Part shown: positions 15,350 to 28,168 of the stretch, one piece after another
Layout of the letters: every line of letters starts with the position of its first letter
Numbering within the stretch: position 1 is the stretch's first letter
NCBI GenBank assembly: GCA_053919585.1
Contig: CM132795.1
DNA from: Euprymna scolopes
Taxonomy: Eukaryota
Direction: 5' to 3' (one strand)
DNA length: 64,000 nucleotides
Position numbers and translations under genes: made by a program
Notes under the pieces: generated by a model
What the model saw: the letters and a program-made list of their open reading frames with translations, nothing else
What the model was told of the DNA's origin: nothing
Database searches by the model: none

Positions 15350-16130
15350 CTTACTTAAACGGATAGTTTGAGAGGTTTTCCGATCTGATAATCTAAAAGA
15401 TAGAAGTTTTCTTTTTGTTATTTTTACTTGTTCGTCAATTTTTCCCAAGAATGTTACTTGCCAAGGAACTGGGTGAACCTATAAAAAAAACAGATGGACA
15501 TCTGCAATGTTGTGGCCTTTAATTAATGCAGGTTGCGATTAACGGCTTTGGGCAAATGGTAAATCTCGACACAATAAGTTAAAAATGCAGACGGTGGGAG
15601 ATACGAGAATTCTTCAGGTACATAGATGAAGAAAAAATGTCGGTACATGGTAACTCACTCGGAGCAATAAGAGAGAAAAAGGTAAAATGTGCCATAAATA
15701 CGTAAAAAGCATTGATATAACCTTATGATATTTTTTTAGAGATGAATGCATGCGGGATATCCTTTTTTGTGATCTTGGACGCTATGATGGAAGAGAAAGG
15801 AAAAATAACAATATTCCCCGCCATAGTTAGAATTCAGTGCGCAAGTAGGAATTAGACGCAAAGGAGAGGGAGTTATTTAATTAAGGGTGATGTTTTCTAA
15901 TGCTTTTGTCAAGTTCTAAAAGTCCAAGCGAGGAAATCCGAGTGAATCAGTATGATGAAAATGTATATGTTAATAATTTAAAGCCAATTTAAGAAGATGA
16001 ACTTTGATGCATGTCAAAAAAGAAATAGTTAGAAAATGAGACAAAGCTATAATTAGTAGAATAACCACGCGCAAGAAAGGGTCAGGACACATTTGGACGA
16101 AGAGTTGTCGAATTGGTTAAAAGGTAAAAT
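15350..16130 (-). mobile_element. Possible highly decayed Penelope-type RT remnant
   Basis: Minus-strand fragments PLRLIP, ISMLFT and GSPSSLASNIL occur in RT motif order; very degenerate. Confidence 0.3.
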
Positions 16131-16419
16131 GATTTGTTGCATAAATGTGGCTGGATTAAGTAGTTGATATGGATCAGAGGAGATTCCATCCTTCACCGTA
16201 AAGGTATATGTCAGGGAGATAGGATGGATAATCTGGTCTTACAAATAATTAGCGTGTCATTTGGAAAAGGACTGACTAAAAAGTTTTTTTTATGATGTTG
16301 CCTGATCTTTCTAAGCGAAGTCGTTGTAAGTCTACAACGTAATTACTGGAATTAAAAATGCGTATATTCTTTAGTAAATAAAGAAGGGAACGTGTGTTAT
16401 GTAAAAGGAGACCCCCCTA

Positions 16420-17060
16420 GTAAGTAAATAGGAAAACTAGATAAGTTTGAAAATGATATTTGGAAAATATTAGAATCGAACCCACTAGGCAAGTGTTAAA
16501 AAGATAATAGATATTCAATTTAGGAATACAGTCGATTCTTCTTTCTTTTAGAAATAACTGAATATTAAATATGTCAGTTAAAAGATGGGCAATATGAGTT
16601 TAGAAATAATGATTAACAAATAGGTAAGATTTTGAAAGATATAGGTTATAAATAAAACAATTATTCTAGGAATTTCTTTGTTTTCCAGAGATCTGTAGAT
16701 ACATTTGCAAAGTACACGTGTGATTTGAAACGTGAGCGAGTCACATTGTTTGACCAGGCCTCTGGCGTGATTAAGACAAGTACTCCCCAATATATTGAGG
16801 CAGAGTTCGAAGTTAGAAAGTCAGAGTTAGAGACGAGGGCCGGAGAGCGACTTAGTGAGAGCTGATGTCCCCGGGAGACGAAGTGAGGAAGAGGAAACCA
16901 TGTAGTCGTAAAAGCTTGAAACCCTGACCACCATCATCACCAGCTGGATGATCATTTAATAATAAATGATAATTATTTATATTTGTAAACTTGTCTTCGT
17001 CGTCATCATTACAACTGAAAGTAAATGTTTGTCTATCATCTTAAATGAACTTTATATATC
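16420..17060. mobile_element. Uninterrupted copy of the 12490-14010 repeat
   Basis: Colinear similarity to both flanks of the 12722 Helitron. Confidence 0.8.
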
Positions 17061-17308
17061 TCCCGCAAAGTATTATGTGTCCCCTCCGCCATTATCAATA
17101 ATGTATCTCCCCTCTTTCTGTGATAACAAGGACTGTTGCATGAATGTCTCAGCTCCGTATTAATAATAATATGAAGCCCTCAGGAATTGTTACAGTCGTC
17201 GTCGTCGTCGTGATGTAAATAGTATATTAATGTCATTCGCATCTTCTGTATTATGTGTCTCCGATATGAACCCCCGACCACACAGCAATATATAATATAC
17301 GTCTTTAA

Positions 17309-17657
17309 CTACATGTGTGCATACTTTTTTATACACTGACTCATTTTTGATAGACTGCGTCATCAGGTTAAGCGTTCTTCTTTAGAATATTTATTCGTTT
17401 TGTAAAAAAAAATCAAACTGACAAACGCATTATATTATTTAATTTTTCTCGTTTTTGTTACCTCCATTCCACTTTTTTATCCTTGTTTTTCTAACGAATT
17501 ACCTTCGTAATTCATCTCTCTTTTTAGTAAGTAGATACTAATTCATTACTTAAAAAGAATAAATATGTTTGAGCTTTTTTTGTGTTTAATTCGTTTGGCC
17601 TGATAACGCAATCTTTCTGAAAAAATGTTTTAGCAGAAACATGTATGCACGTATGTT
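17309..17657. mobile_element. Degenerate MITE-like inverted-repeat element
   Basis: Inverted pairs gtgcatac/gtatgcac, tgcgtcatcagg/cctgataacgca and atatttattc/gaataaatat. Confidence 0.45.
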
Positions 17658-18639
17658 GCCAATAATTTTTAAATAATTAAACTTACTTTTTTTTTCTTCC
17701 TACTCTACAGAGTAAAAACTAGGTTTGTCTTGGAATAAGACACGCTTTAAAATAAGTTTACACAACAATAAACTCATCGAGATATTTAGAAGAGTATTGC
17801 TTTTGCTAATATTTATTTGTTACATATTTGTTTTTAGCAATTATTGTCCAGTTAGTTACAGTAACAACGTCCCGAATTTCACGTTTTTTTTTCGGATGGA
17901 GGTCTAGGGTTAATTGTAGATATAATGTCCCTTTTCAATTAAAAAAAATGTTTTCGCTTAATGCGTTTTATAAAAAATTTAGATAAACTCAATGAGAGAT
18001 TTATAATTTATATTTTTCTTATGTGCAAACATTAATTTATTTCATAAGAAGGATTGACAGGTAACATTGGTGTCCATACGGCGCCACCTTTATTGAAAAC
18101 ATTGTTCTGACTATTGTAAATGTTTAAATATCAAGTTTCAATTCCCTGTAACGTTTAACAAATACGTGGGAAAAGATCTGAAAAGATATGTTTACAGTAA
18201 AGAAAACATAACACTCTGAGAATCAATGTTAAATAAAGGAGTGGAATTTATTTAGTTTTATAACAAAAAAAAAACAACTAATAAATAAACTTATATTTGT
18301 TAAATTTTTTTCTTTTATTGTCAGGAAAATAAAAATAATCGTTTTGGAATAGGAAATTAGAGTAAAGATTTTACGATTGCGATACTGATTTTGATACCCC
18401 GAAAGTTCTGATTTGTCAGATTCCCGATTCTGCGATTTTGACNNNNNNNNNNNNNNNNNNNNNNNNNNNNNNNNNNNNNNNNNNNNNNNNNNNNNNNNNN
18501 NNNNNNNNNNNNNNNNNNNNNNNNNNNNNNNNNNNNNNNNNNNNNNNNNNNNNNNNNNNNNNNNNNNNNNNNNNNNNNNNTGTATGAATATATATGTATA
18601 TGTGTGTGTATGTATGTATGCATATGTGCATATATATAA

Positions 18640-19058
18640 AAAAAAATTCAAGCGTCTGTAAATCATATCAATTGGACTGCTGTTTTTCGTCGATTCGTAC
18701 GTTGAGTTATTTAGAAAATTATGAGTGAATTTGTCAACCTCATCATTATCATGCACTGGATATGTTTGAGTCTAAACAAACTCTTTATTTAAAAAAAATC
18801 CAAGCGTTTGTATCTCATATCAATTTGACTGTTTTTTTTTGTTGATTCGTACGTTGAGTAATTTAGAAAATTATGTGTGAATTTGTCAACATCATCATTA
18901 TCATGTACTTGATATGTGTGAGTCTAAAACAAACTCTTTATTAAAAAAGAAAAATTCAAGCATCTGTAAATCATATCAATTGAACTGTTGTTTTTCGTCT
19001 ATTCGTACGTTGACTTATTTAGAAAATTATGTGTGAATTTGTCAACATCATCATCATC
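18640..19058. repeat. Tandem repeat, ~150-158 bp unit, ~2.7 copies
   Basis: caagcgtctgtaaatcatatcaatt...attcgtacgttgag...gaatttgtcaac repeats at ~18648, 18801 and 18957. Confidence 0.9.
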
Positions 19059-19329
19059 ATTATAAGGTACTAGGAAGGAGGAAAAAGATCAAGATGGAAA
19101 AGGGACAAAAACGGTTCAGCCACTGATCACTTACTATGTATTACTTTTGGAATATTCCTTCATGTGTATTTTATATGTATGTGTGTGTACATATGTATAG
19201 GCATATGTATGTATGTGCGTATTTGTGTGCCTCTACGTGATTTTGGTTGCATGTGTGTGGACATGCATACGTATGCTGGCGTACATCTGTATGTACGCAT
19301 GTGTTTATTGTTATGTGTATGTGGGGTGG

Positions 19330-20455
19330 AGAAGGTTCCCGTAAGCCGTGGTGAAGGCAACCCCTCTAGGAGAAGCAAATCTTAGATTAAAAAAAAAACA
19401 TAAAGCGGGAGACCCGTACCCGCATTAAGCTGGTCTTCAGGTTGACTTGTTGCTGACTATCTTGCTCTTGTTTGTTGCTGGATGTCAACATTTTGGACCG
19501 AGAGAGAGATTTAGCCGCCGTACAAAGCTAGAACTCTGTAACATCATCTGTGTATAGATACTCCATCAGCCATGGAAAAGTTGTGACGCATGTAGGCCTG
19601 AAATGCTGGAAACGTGGAATAATTGATCTGCCATCATTATATGTATATATGTATGTATAGGTGTATGTATGTTCATGTACAGGTTATGTATATGTGTGTA
19701 TATCTATGTGTATATGTATGTATGTATGTATGTGTGTATGTATTTACGCATATATATTGTTTGTATATATGTGCATATATGCATGTGTGTATGTGCATAT
19801 ATGCATGTGTGTGTATGTGTATATACGACTGTGTGTATGTATGTATACGTATGCATGGATATGTGTATGTATGTGCATGTTTGTGTATGAGTGCATATTG
19901 ATGTATGTGTATGTATATGTAGGTAAGTGTATATATATATGTGCATATGTGTACATATGTGTATATTTATTTATATGTGTGTATGTATTTGTATGTGTGT
20001 GTATTTATTAATGTACATGTGTATGTATGCGTGTGTGTATGTATATGCATGTACGTGCATTATGCATTGTGTATATATGTGTGTATGTTTACAGATATGT
20101 ATGTGTGTATGTGTATATATGTATATTTGCATTTATATATAAGTATATATGCCATTGACCGTCTTGTGTATGTTTACGTATGTATATGTATGTTGATTAT
20201 TTTTATGTATGTATGCATATATGTGTGTTATATGTATGTGTGTATGTGTGTATGTGTGTATGTGTATGTATGTGTATATATGTATGTATGTGTGCATGTA
20301 TATATGTATGTATACTAGTGACCATCTTCAGTGTCATGTCTGTTGGAGCGTGTGAATTTTGCGGGCAGGATTAAGTCATTTTCGGCTCATGGACTTTCAG
20401 TGCCTGAGGGAGTGACACTCGTCTGACAAGCCGTTGTAATCATCATCATCATCAT
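19330..20455 (+). mobile_element. RTE-related fragment(s) split by a large (TG/TA) cryptic microsatellite (19640-20315)
   Basis: ggcaacccctctaggagaagcaaa resembles the RTE 5' region; CEFCGQ zinc-knuckle-like remnant followed by an (ATC)n tail. Confidence 0.4.
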
Positions 20456-20832
20456 ATTATGAGAATAAAAAAATAATAGTCGGATGAGTTTATTCTCGAG
20501 GAAGTCTTGTAATATNNNNNNNNNNNNNNNNNNNNNNNNNNNNNNNNNNNNNNNNNNNNNNNNNNNNNNNNNNNNNNNNNNNNNNNNNNNNNNNNNNNNN
20601 NNNNNNNNNNNNNNNNNNNNNNNNNNNNNNNNNNNNNNNNNNNNNNNNNNNNNNNNNNNNNNNNNNNNNNNNNNNNNNNNNNNNNNNNNNNNNNNNNNNN
20701 NNNNNNNNNNNNNNNNNNNNNNNNNNNNNNNATAAAATGAGAACAAAAAATAATAGTCAGATGAGTTTATTCTCGAGGAATTCTTAAAATAAATATAACT
20801 TGGTTTATTCCTGTTCCATTATATTATATATA

Positions 20833-21015
20833 TAAGCCTGGAGAATCCTATAGTAGATGCAACGAGGAATATTCATTGTAGCTTAATCGCCATATATATT
20901 TGATAAATTACTAACTAGCTCTACCTACGTATTGAGCACTTTTGAAGTAAATACTTAAAGTTTACGCATAAATTAATACTTTCGTATATTAATTTTATGT
21001 GAATAAATGAAGTAG
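20833..21015 (+). mobile_element. Short HHR-bearing repeat (family D) with a mutated ribozyme core, between (TA)n tracts
   Basis: TAAGC CTGGAGA ATCC..AGAT GCAAC...GTA GCTTA plus a 130 bp tail shared with 47665-47800 and 58720-58838. Confidence 0.7.
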
Positions 21016-21095
<80 letters not shown>

Positions 21096-21099
21096 AAAG

Positions 21100-21600
21100 T
21101 TATTATATCTCGGCAGTCGTGTGAATAGCATATCTTATTTTTCTTTTATTAATATTATTTGAATTTTCCCCTTTTCTTTTTTTGTACATATTTGTGAATT
21201 CTTCCATGGATTTCGGCCTTTTGGATTATTTTGGACCATCTTAAATTACGCGATTTCCTTGGATTTTACTTGTGCAAACGGAAACTCAATTAACTTTCTT
21301 GGAGTTATATTTTTGGATTATACAGTCATTGGATTATTTACCTTTCACCAGACTATCCATTCATGTGTAATCACCTTTTTCTTCTTCATATACCCTCTGC
21401 TCCACTTTTTGCTATCAAGTAAGGTATTTGACTTACTTGTTGTTTCATCAAATACTACCCTCTGATGAGAAGGAAAGTATTTCTTCGAAACTCCATGGAT
21501 TAAGGACTATTTACTTATCAAGTGTTTCCTTTTCAGATTAAATATGTTTTTAACTCTTTTTCAAAGTGTTTTTAGCATGTTTTATTAACGGTTTGTTCAT
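21100..21600 (+). mobile_element. Penelope 3' terminal/pLTR fragment carrying an HHR, flanked by (TA)n
   Basis: Its ends match 1-45 (reverse complement) and 1162-1262. Confidence 0.75.
21459..21505 (+). ncRNA. Type I minimal hammerhead ribozyme (family E)
   Basis: CCT-CTGATGA-GAAGGAAA/TTTCTTC-GAAAC-TCCATGGA-TTA-AGG. Confidence 0.8.
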
Positions 21601-22232
21601 ATATATATATATATAACAAATTCATGACGAAAGTTTATATTCCAAAATTCACGATTGGGCAATCTTACAATCCATTCCATTAAGTAAATCGACATGCTCA
21701 ATTCTTGGCAGCACCTGTTTCGTAGCGCAAAGCCATTATTAAATTTTGATATCACTCAATGAACCTATTTTACACTTAACACCACAGAAAATATAGCTCC
21801 TATTAATTCATAATCTATCTTATGGGTATGATTAAAAAAACGCGAACATGGTGTAATAAAAGTAAACAATAAAATTGATTGCGAATTTTCTCAAAAATTT
21901 CGAATACTGTAATCACATCTATATGAATTTTCTTTTATTTCAAGAAAGTGTTCAGTGTTGTTTCTTCCAAGGAGGTTAGGGCGCAGAATAGATTCATTGA
22001 TACATTAATTCATTGAATAATTTTGCACTCCGAAATATGTGCCGTCAAGGANNNNNNNNNNNNNNNNNNNNNNNNNNNNNNNNNNNNNNNNNNNNNNNNN
22101 NNNNNNNNNNNNNNNNNNNNNNNNNNNNNNNNNNNNNNNNNNNNNNNNNNNNNNNNNNNNNNNNNNNNNNNNNNNNNNNNNNNNNNNNNNNNNNNNNNNN
22201 TATAGGTACGTATATACACGCATGCATATATA

Positions 22233-22438
22233 CAGGGTGACCCCAAAAAACAAAAGCTAAATGGAGGCCATCTAGAACATATGCTGTAGAACGGAGAAAA
22301 AAGGGCAAAGACCCTAGTGTTTTGATGTGATGTTTTGAATATAATAAACTAGTTATGACCAAAGTTTCATTTCATTCGAACAAAACACTAAGAAACGGGC
22401 CCTCATTAGACTTGAGACCCGTTTTTTGGGTCACCCTG
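22233..22438. mobile_element. Tc1/mariner-type MITE (206 bp)
   Basis: TIRs cagggtgacccc-aaaaaac / gttttttgggtcaccctg with TA on both sides. Confidence 0.9.
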
Positions 22439-22712
22439 TATATATATATATACTTCAGAATAGTTTTTATTTAACAATCAGTTGTTATGGAAACGTGAGA
22501 TTGTAAAGTTTACAAAATATTACTGGCAGTAATATCCTATAATTATCCCATCTAAACAAGAATTGCTCGATATGCAAAATAGAGTAAATAAATTAAATTG
22601 TGAGTCAATGAATTTCGAAAAACTCTCATTGAAATGAAATGAAGTGGTTTAGTTTCATATCAAATAATTTTATTATTCTAAGCAAGACAAAGAATACTTT
22701 AGAAAATTAATA

Positions 22713-22756
22713 TCCTTAACCTATAGGGTTTCGATGTCTACCATCTCATCAGAGGA
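22713..22756 (-). ncRNA. Type I minimal hammerhead ribozyme (family E-related)
   Basis: Minus strand: TCCT-CTGATGA-GATG(gtaga)CATC-GAAAC-CCTATAGG-TTA-AGGA. Confidence 0.8.
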
Positions 22757-23214
22757 GAGAAAATATTAGCAAATAGTTATAAAGGTATGCACCCTATTTG
22801 CTAAAGTCAGTGAGACATGGAAAGTCAAAATCAAAATAATACATTTATCAGAAGTCCAGTAGCAGGAGGATTTGCAGAAAAAGGATATGGATTTTTTTTT
22901 AGATCAAGCTTGCTTGGTAAAATCCATGTTATGCGTTCTTTACATCCGTTTGGTAATAAGGTCCAGGTTATATATTGGGTAATCCGCGTAGCTGTGTAGA
23001 TATCCGAATCGGGCAAGTTCTTGTATAAATTTGTTTGTGGGTCCAGCGATAATAATTCAGAGTATGGTGGAATCCTTTTCATTAGAAGTCTATATTATTT
23101 TTAGTGGGGCGAGGTGTTAATAGTAGGGAGAGTAGGCAGTGGTGAATTGTAGGAAGTGGGGTGAAACATATGTGCATATTAATCGCTATATACACATGAA
23201 CACCCATATATATA

Positions 23215-24744
23215 CCCTGGTGATCAAAACATTTAGACCGCTTAAGAAACATTTTTGAAAAAAACATTTTTTTAAGGATAGATTTTAAACTCTTCTGACT
23301 TAAGGTCACTAATACTACACTCGAAATAATTATGGAAACAAAAGCCAAATATTTATTTTTAACATTTACATTTTTATTAAATCAGGTTTTTCACATTATA
23401 AAAATTATAAGACCAGAGACAAATATTCTATTAAATTGTGCAAAATGTGTATGAAAAATATATAAAAACAATTAACAATCAAACTTAATAATGAATTCTA
23501 CCTACAATGCTTTTAAAGACTTTAAAAATTATTTGAGGCATGCTAGGAATAAAGGTTTCAGTGAAGGTGCGGGGGACTATTCTTCAGTTTCTGAAGATGA
23601 CTTCAGGAAGTTCATTTTTTGTTGAATATTGTTTGCTGTTTCGATAAAACTCTTTTGTCATCCATCCCCAAACATTTTCAATTGGGGTCAAGTCCGTTCA
23701 GCATGCAGGATGTCCTAAGAGATGGCCTCCACTTTCTTGTAGAAATCTCAAGGTCCGTCCTGCAGTGTGGATTGCAGCATTATCCTGTTGGAATAACCAT
23801 CCATCCTCTACACAAACGATGACCCTCCATCATCAAAGACGCTGTCTGTAGCATACTAACATAACCAACTGCAGTCTGACGACCCTGTACCACCTGTAAG
23901 AAAATGCACCCCATACCATTACGGACGTATGTAGAAATTTTTCAAGGGGCATGTTTTTGTCACGTCAATATCGCTGGAAACCATCAGGACAATCTAAATT
24001 GAATTTTTTCTTATCAGAAAACGACTTTCTTCCACTTCTCAACGTCCCACGTTTGGTATTCACGACCAAATCTTAAGCGGTACACTTTATGACGTGGAAG
24101 CAATCAACAAATTTGTTTACGCTTTTTATTTACCATGCCTTCTTATTGTAAGTGTCGTCTGATGGGTATTGGGCTGCAATCAGCTTTTGTAACCATCTTA
24201 AATTGACTAGAAGAAAGGTCCCCTGTCATTCATAACAACCCGTCTGATTCTGTTACTCAATCCAGGAGAATTTTTTTTTTTGCGGGGGGGGGTACCAAAG
24301 GATTTTGCTCTTCCATAATTCTCAGTGTTCTTTAGAAAGTTGCAAATAACAATTTTACTGCGATTTACCTTAGCTGATATCGCTCGCTGTGACAAACCTT
24401 GGTTATGGAATCCCAGAATTTTAGAGCGCTCAACTTCGTTTAGTTTTCTTGCTTTAGGCATGGTAACATCTTTACACAGTGATTGCTGATTTCTAACTTA
24501 ACTAACCCATTAGAATTACCATAAATCTAACAATTTATACGCTTGGTCTTATAATTTCCATCATGTGTAAAAAGCCTAACTTAATAAAATGCAACTTTTT
24601 AAATAACTTTTTTGAATCTACCTTTTTGTTTCCATAACCTTTAGATTGTAGTATTAGTAACCTTAAGTCGGAAGAGTTTAAAATCTATCAAAATTGTTTC
24701 TTTTTAAAAAAAATTTAGTGGTCTTACATTTTTGATTAGCACTG
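23215..24744 (-). mobile_element. Tc1/Tc3-like DNA transposon with ~200 bp IR/DR termini; transposase pseudogene starting at 24461
   Basis: MPKARKLNEVERSKI HTH is Tc3-like; FSDKKKFNLDCPDG, FQQDNAAIH and PIENVWGW motifs are frameshifted. Long imperfect TIRs with outer/inner agacc repeats, flanked by TA. Confidence 0.92.
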
Positions 24745-24752
24745 TATATCTG

Positions 24753-24785
<33 letters not shown>

Positions 24786-24813
24786 ATATATATATATATA
24801 TATATATGGTCAC

Positions 24814-24857
24814 CCACATACAGTACTGTTTCGCTGTATCACAGCTCATCAGTGCGG
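24814..24857 (-). ncRNA. Type I hammerhead ribozyme with intact core
   Basis: Minus strand: CCGCA-CTGATGA-GCTG(tgata)CAGC-GAAAC-AGTACT-GTA-TGTGG. Confidence 0.92.
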
Positions 24858-25077
24858 CTAGACAGATCGAAACTCGACCACACGCATGACAGTCAAGGCT
24901 TAGAACAATTATGCTATTCAGCAGCTGCTGTGCAGGCAGGTACTTAACGATGTTGTAACATCGTCAGAATACCTAAGCTCAAATTGTTTACACAAAGAGC
25001 ATCGTTTAATACGCCAATGGTACATCGTTTATCACTTCTGAATATGCTCACCTCAAGATAAGGAGCATTATAGTCAT

Positions 25078-25121
25078 CCACATACAATACTGTTTCACTG
25101 TTTAACAGCTTATCAGTGCGG
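25078..25121 (-). ncRNA. Type I hammerhead ribozyme, second copy with G8->A core change
   Basis: Minus strand: CCGCA-CTGATAA-GCTG(ttaaa)CAGT-GAAAC-AGTATT-GTA-TGTGG. Confidence 0.8.
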
Positions 25122-25340
25122 CTAGAAAGGCAACTACCTCAAGCCAGGATCGAAACTCGACCGCCCGTACGACAGTCAAGACTTTAAACCATCACGGTAA
25201 CCAGCAGCTTTGGGTCAGGCTATGAATTAACGATGTCTTGACATACCTAAGCTCGATTTGTTTACACAAAGAGCATCGTTTAATACGCCAATAGTATATC
25301 GTTTATCACTTCCCAATATGCTCAACTCAAGATAAGGAGC

Positions 25341-25426
<86 letters not shown>

Positions 25427-25695
25427 AAGGCACAGGTATTCAAGAGGGAATGCAAAGGAATTGTACGAGGTTATAAAGGTTGCTACAAAAAACATTTTTT
25501 ATTGATATAGACAAGTTTATATGGTCGCGACACTGCACATGCTAATGTATCGGAAAGATAGTTAGTTAAAAACTCAAGTCGCTGTGAAGCGAGGAAAAAC
25601 GTCTGTCTTTTACAAATGAACGCGAGTTATTAAATCAAGATTTGAGAACTGTTTTTTCATCCCGTGGAAAACTTAACCTTTTTTTTTTAAATCGC

Positions 25696-25745
25696 CTGAC
25701 GAGGACTAGTGTTTGACCCAACTATCTGTCCGGAACATTAGTGTA
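25696..25745 (+). ncRNA. Degenerate hammerhead ribozyme motif
   Basis: CTGACGA-GGACTAGT...ACTA(tct)GTCC-GGAAC-ATTAGT-GTA; GAAA is changed to GGAA and stem I pairs poorly. Confidence 0.55.
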
Positions 25746-25753
25746 AATTTATA

Positions 25754-25836
<83 letters not shown>

Positions 25837-25840
<4 letters not shown>

Positions 25841-26257
25841 CTTCAGTGACAGGCCGGATGTTTGGAGGTGTGTGTTGAGCAAATTAAAAACTGGTAGTAG
25901 GCCGGTAGGCTCGAATCCGTACAGCGAAGGAGGAAAAAAACGTAACAAAAATTGGTGACGTCTTTGCCGTTGCGTCCATTGACAAACCAGAAGAGGCGAA
26001 GGTTTAAACTAAGGCTAGTCAATCGAAAAAGGGGATAACTTTCGAAAATATCGGCCGAAAAACGACCCTTCCCTGTAGAAAAGTGTCAGTTGAGTGTGAA
26101 GGAATAAATGTGTTGAGTCACTTTTTCGATATTTGCCGTTCGCAGGGTTCAGCTTCAAAACGATACCAATCTCCTTAATCTCCGTAGACTCTGTCGAAAG
26201 TTTTAGTCAGACAGACATACATACATTTAAATAGACAGATGAGATTTATATTACAGA
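25837..26257 (-). mobile_element. Non-autonomous Helitron (same family as 2426-2903)
   Basis: Colinear similarity; 5' a|TCTGTAATATAAA on the minus strand. Confidence 0.7.
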
Positions 26258-26350
26258 TGTATTAACATATATACATCATTGGTGAATGTTTCTCCTATTG
26301 TCTTTATAACTGTCTGAGGAACAAGAAACTGCGCGTAAAATCTACATACA

Positions 26351-26397
<47 letters not shown>

Positions 26398-27453
26398 CAT
26401 CATCATCATCATCATCATCACTAACAATGCTTTACATCAGTATTTTCTAAGTCGACAAACACTTTTTAATCTAGGTCTTATAGCTTCATCGACTTTCATT
26501 TTATACGCTCAAAGTTGAGTGCTTAATATCGGACTAATGGATGATCGCATCAAACGTTGAACCCTCACACATTCAATTTCAATCTAACTTTTGCTTGCAT
26601 TATTTTTTTTTCTAATTTCCTTCTTTGTACAATTTATTCTTTTCACATATTTACAGGTTTTGAATCTGTAAAAGAGACTCCAACAGGGACAGAGTTCGAA
26701 AACTCTAAAATATGCAGACGCCGAGTAATTTAGAAGACATGTCGAATTAAAACATTCTTTTTATTCGACATTTGGTGATTTAATACTATGCATTCAGCAT
26801 ATTTGAAACGTTATTTCCATAGATTGAATCAGAAACAGATCCGAAGAATATAATTAAATATCACATTAATTTAATCAAGCATAATTAATTATATTACACG
26901 AGCCCTGTCCACATCCGCTATCATTCTAATTTCATCGACTTAATTGGCAAAGATTAAGATTTGTATAATCAAATAAAGATATTTTACAAGAGTCGCTTTA
27001 AGATCATTTCAGTTGAACCGTTCTTCACATTAATTAAGGTTATTGTATGTAGGTCACATTACGTATGTTTGTTTATGAGTTTATAAGATAAGTGGATCTT
27101 ATGGAAGGCCCCTTACAGGTATCGCCATGAAAGGCCAATGCAACGAGGTTTTTATTTGCTTGATCATGTTCAAAATGCCAGTGTGAACGATATAATTAAT
27201 TAAGTTGAAAACGTGGAAGTAAAATGTTTTGTTCATTGATATTTCTTTCTTTTTTGTCAATTTACCATTTCTATATTAAACTTTCAATTTAAATGATGTC
27301 GACTCTCTTCATTCGGACTGCTATAGACAACACGGTTGAAATGATACGTATTGTATGCTGAACGCCAGGTAGGTGATATCATAGAAAAGCAATGCTCTAT
27401 AATGATATATATATATACTCTCTAAAACAAATCCACACATGTACATATATATA

Positions 27454-28168
27454 CTAGCAAAAGTACCCGTCGTTGACGGGGTTCAAAAACAGCATACAGA
27501 AAATGGACTATGATTTATGAAAGTATGATAGGTTATGAAAAGGAAAGGTTGTAAATTTGGGTTGAATTTGGGCATATCAAAACCAAAGCAAAATATGATG
27601 AAAGTAAAAATAAAATAGATAAACCCCATAATTAATTATACCATACCTGTTCACACTGAAACACTTGTCACAATATTCTGTGTATCTATATTAAAAACAC
27701 TTTGTTGAACTTTGTGACATATTTCCATTCTATGGCGGTCAGATGCGAACGAACACCCCATAATTTTATCATACCATATTTCTTCAAACTGAAAAATAAT
27801 TATCAAAGTATACTTACGCAGATAGATATGAAAAGTCTTTATTAAAGTTTGTGCCTATGTCCATTCTATGGAGGCCAGGCGCGAACGCAGATCCCACAAT
27901 TTTATTATTACATCCCTATTAAAGTTAAAACATACTTGTCAAAGTATTCTCATGTACATCTATATCAAAAACACTTGCAAACGTTTGTTTAATTTTTACA
28001 TTTTTTATTTCCATACTTTCTGTCAGATCAAACATACCATTCCTTTGTCTCGATACATCTTCTATCATTATATGTAATCAGTTTTTTAAAATAGTCAACC
28101 ATATAGGAGCCTATTCGTGACCAGACACAAAACACATACACACACAGACATTCAGCTTTATATTATAT
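27454..28168 (-). mobile_element. Non-autonomous Helitron
   Basis: 3' hairpin cccgtcaacgacggg and CTAG|t on the minus strand; 5' tataatataaagctgaatgtctgtgtgt. The 3' part is shared with 58160-58319. Confidence 0.75.

Larger units (their letters stand above)
24808..25343 (-). mobile_element. Head-to-tail dimer (period 264 bp) of a tRNA-Asp-like head + HHR element (retrozyme-like, family A)
   Basis: Two units flanked by (TA)n; each has A/B-box-like motifs, a CTGTCA/CTGTCG anticodon-like loop and a downstream HHR. Confidence 0.85.

Noticed and set aside
17355-17370. CTGATGA on the minus strand within the MITE-like element
   Set aside because: No GAAA or stem III follows.
18640-19058. Regular repeats considered as CRISPR-like or a retrozyme array
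   Set aside because: Whole units repeat with no unique spacers and no HHR core; ordinary satellite in eukaryotic DNA.
20457-20790. ~50 bp direct repeat on both sides of a gap
   Set aside because: May be a gap-filling or haplotype overlap artefact; no ribozyme core.
26658-26730. Possible host exon (pyrimidine tract + cag, FESVKETPTGTEFENSKICRRR, then gtaatt)
   Set aside because: Short, with no recognisable homology or partner exons; needs RNA-seq.
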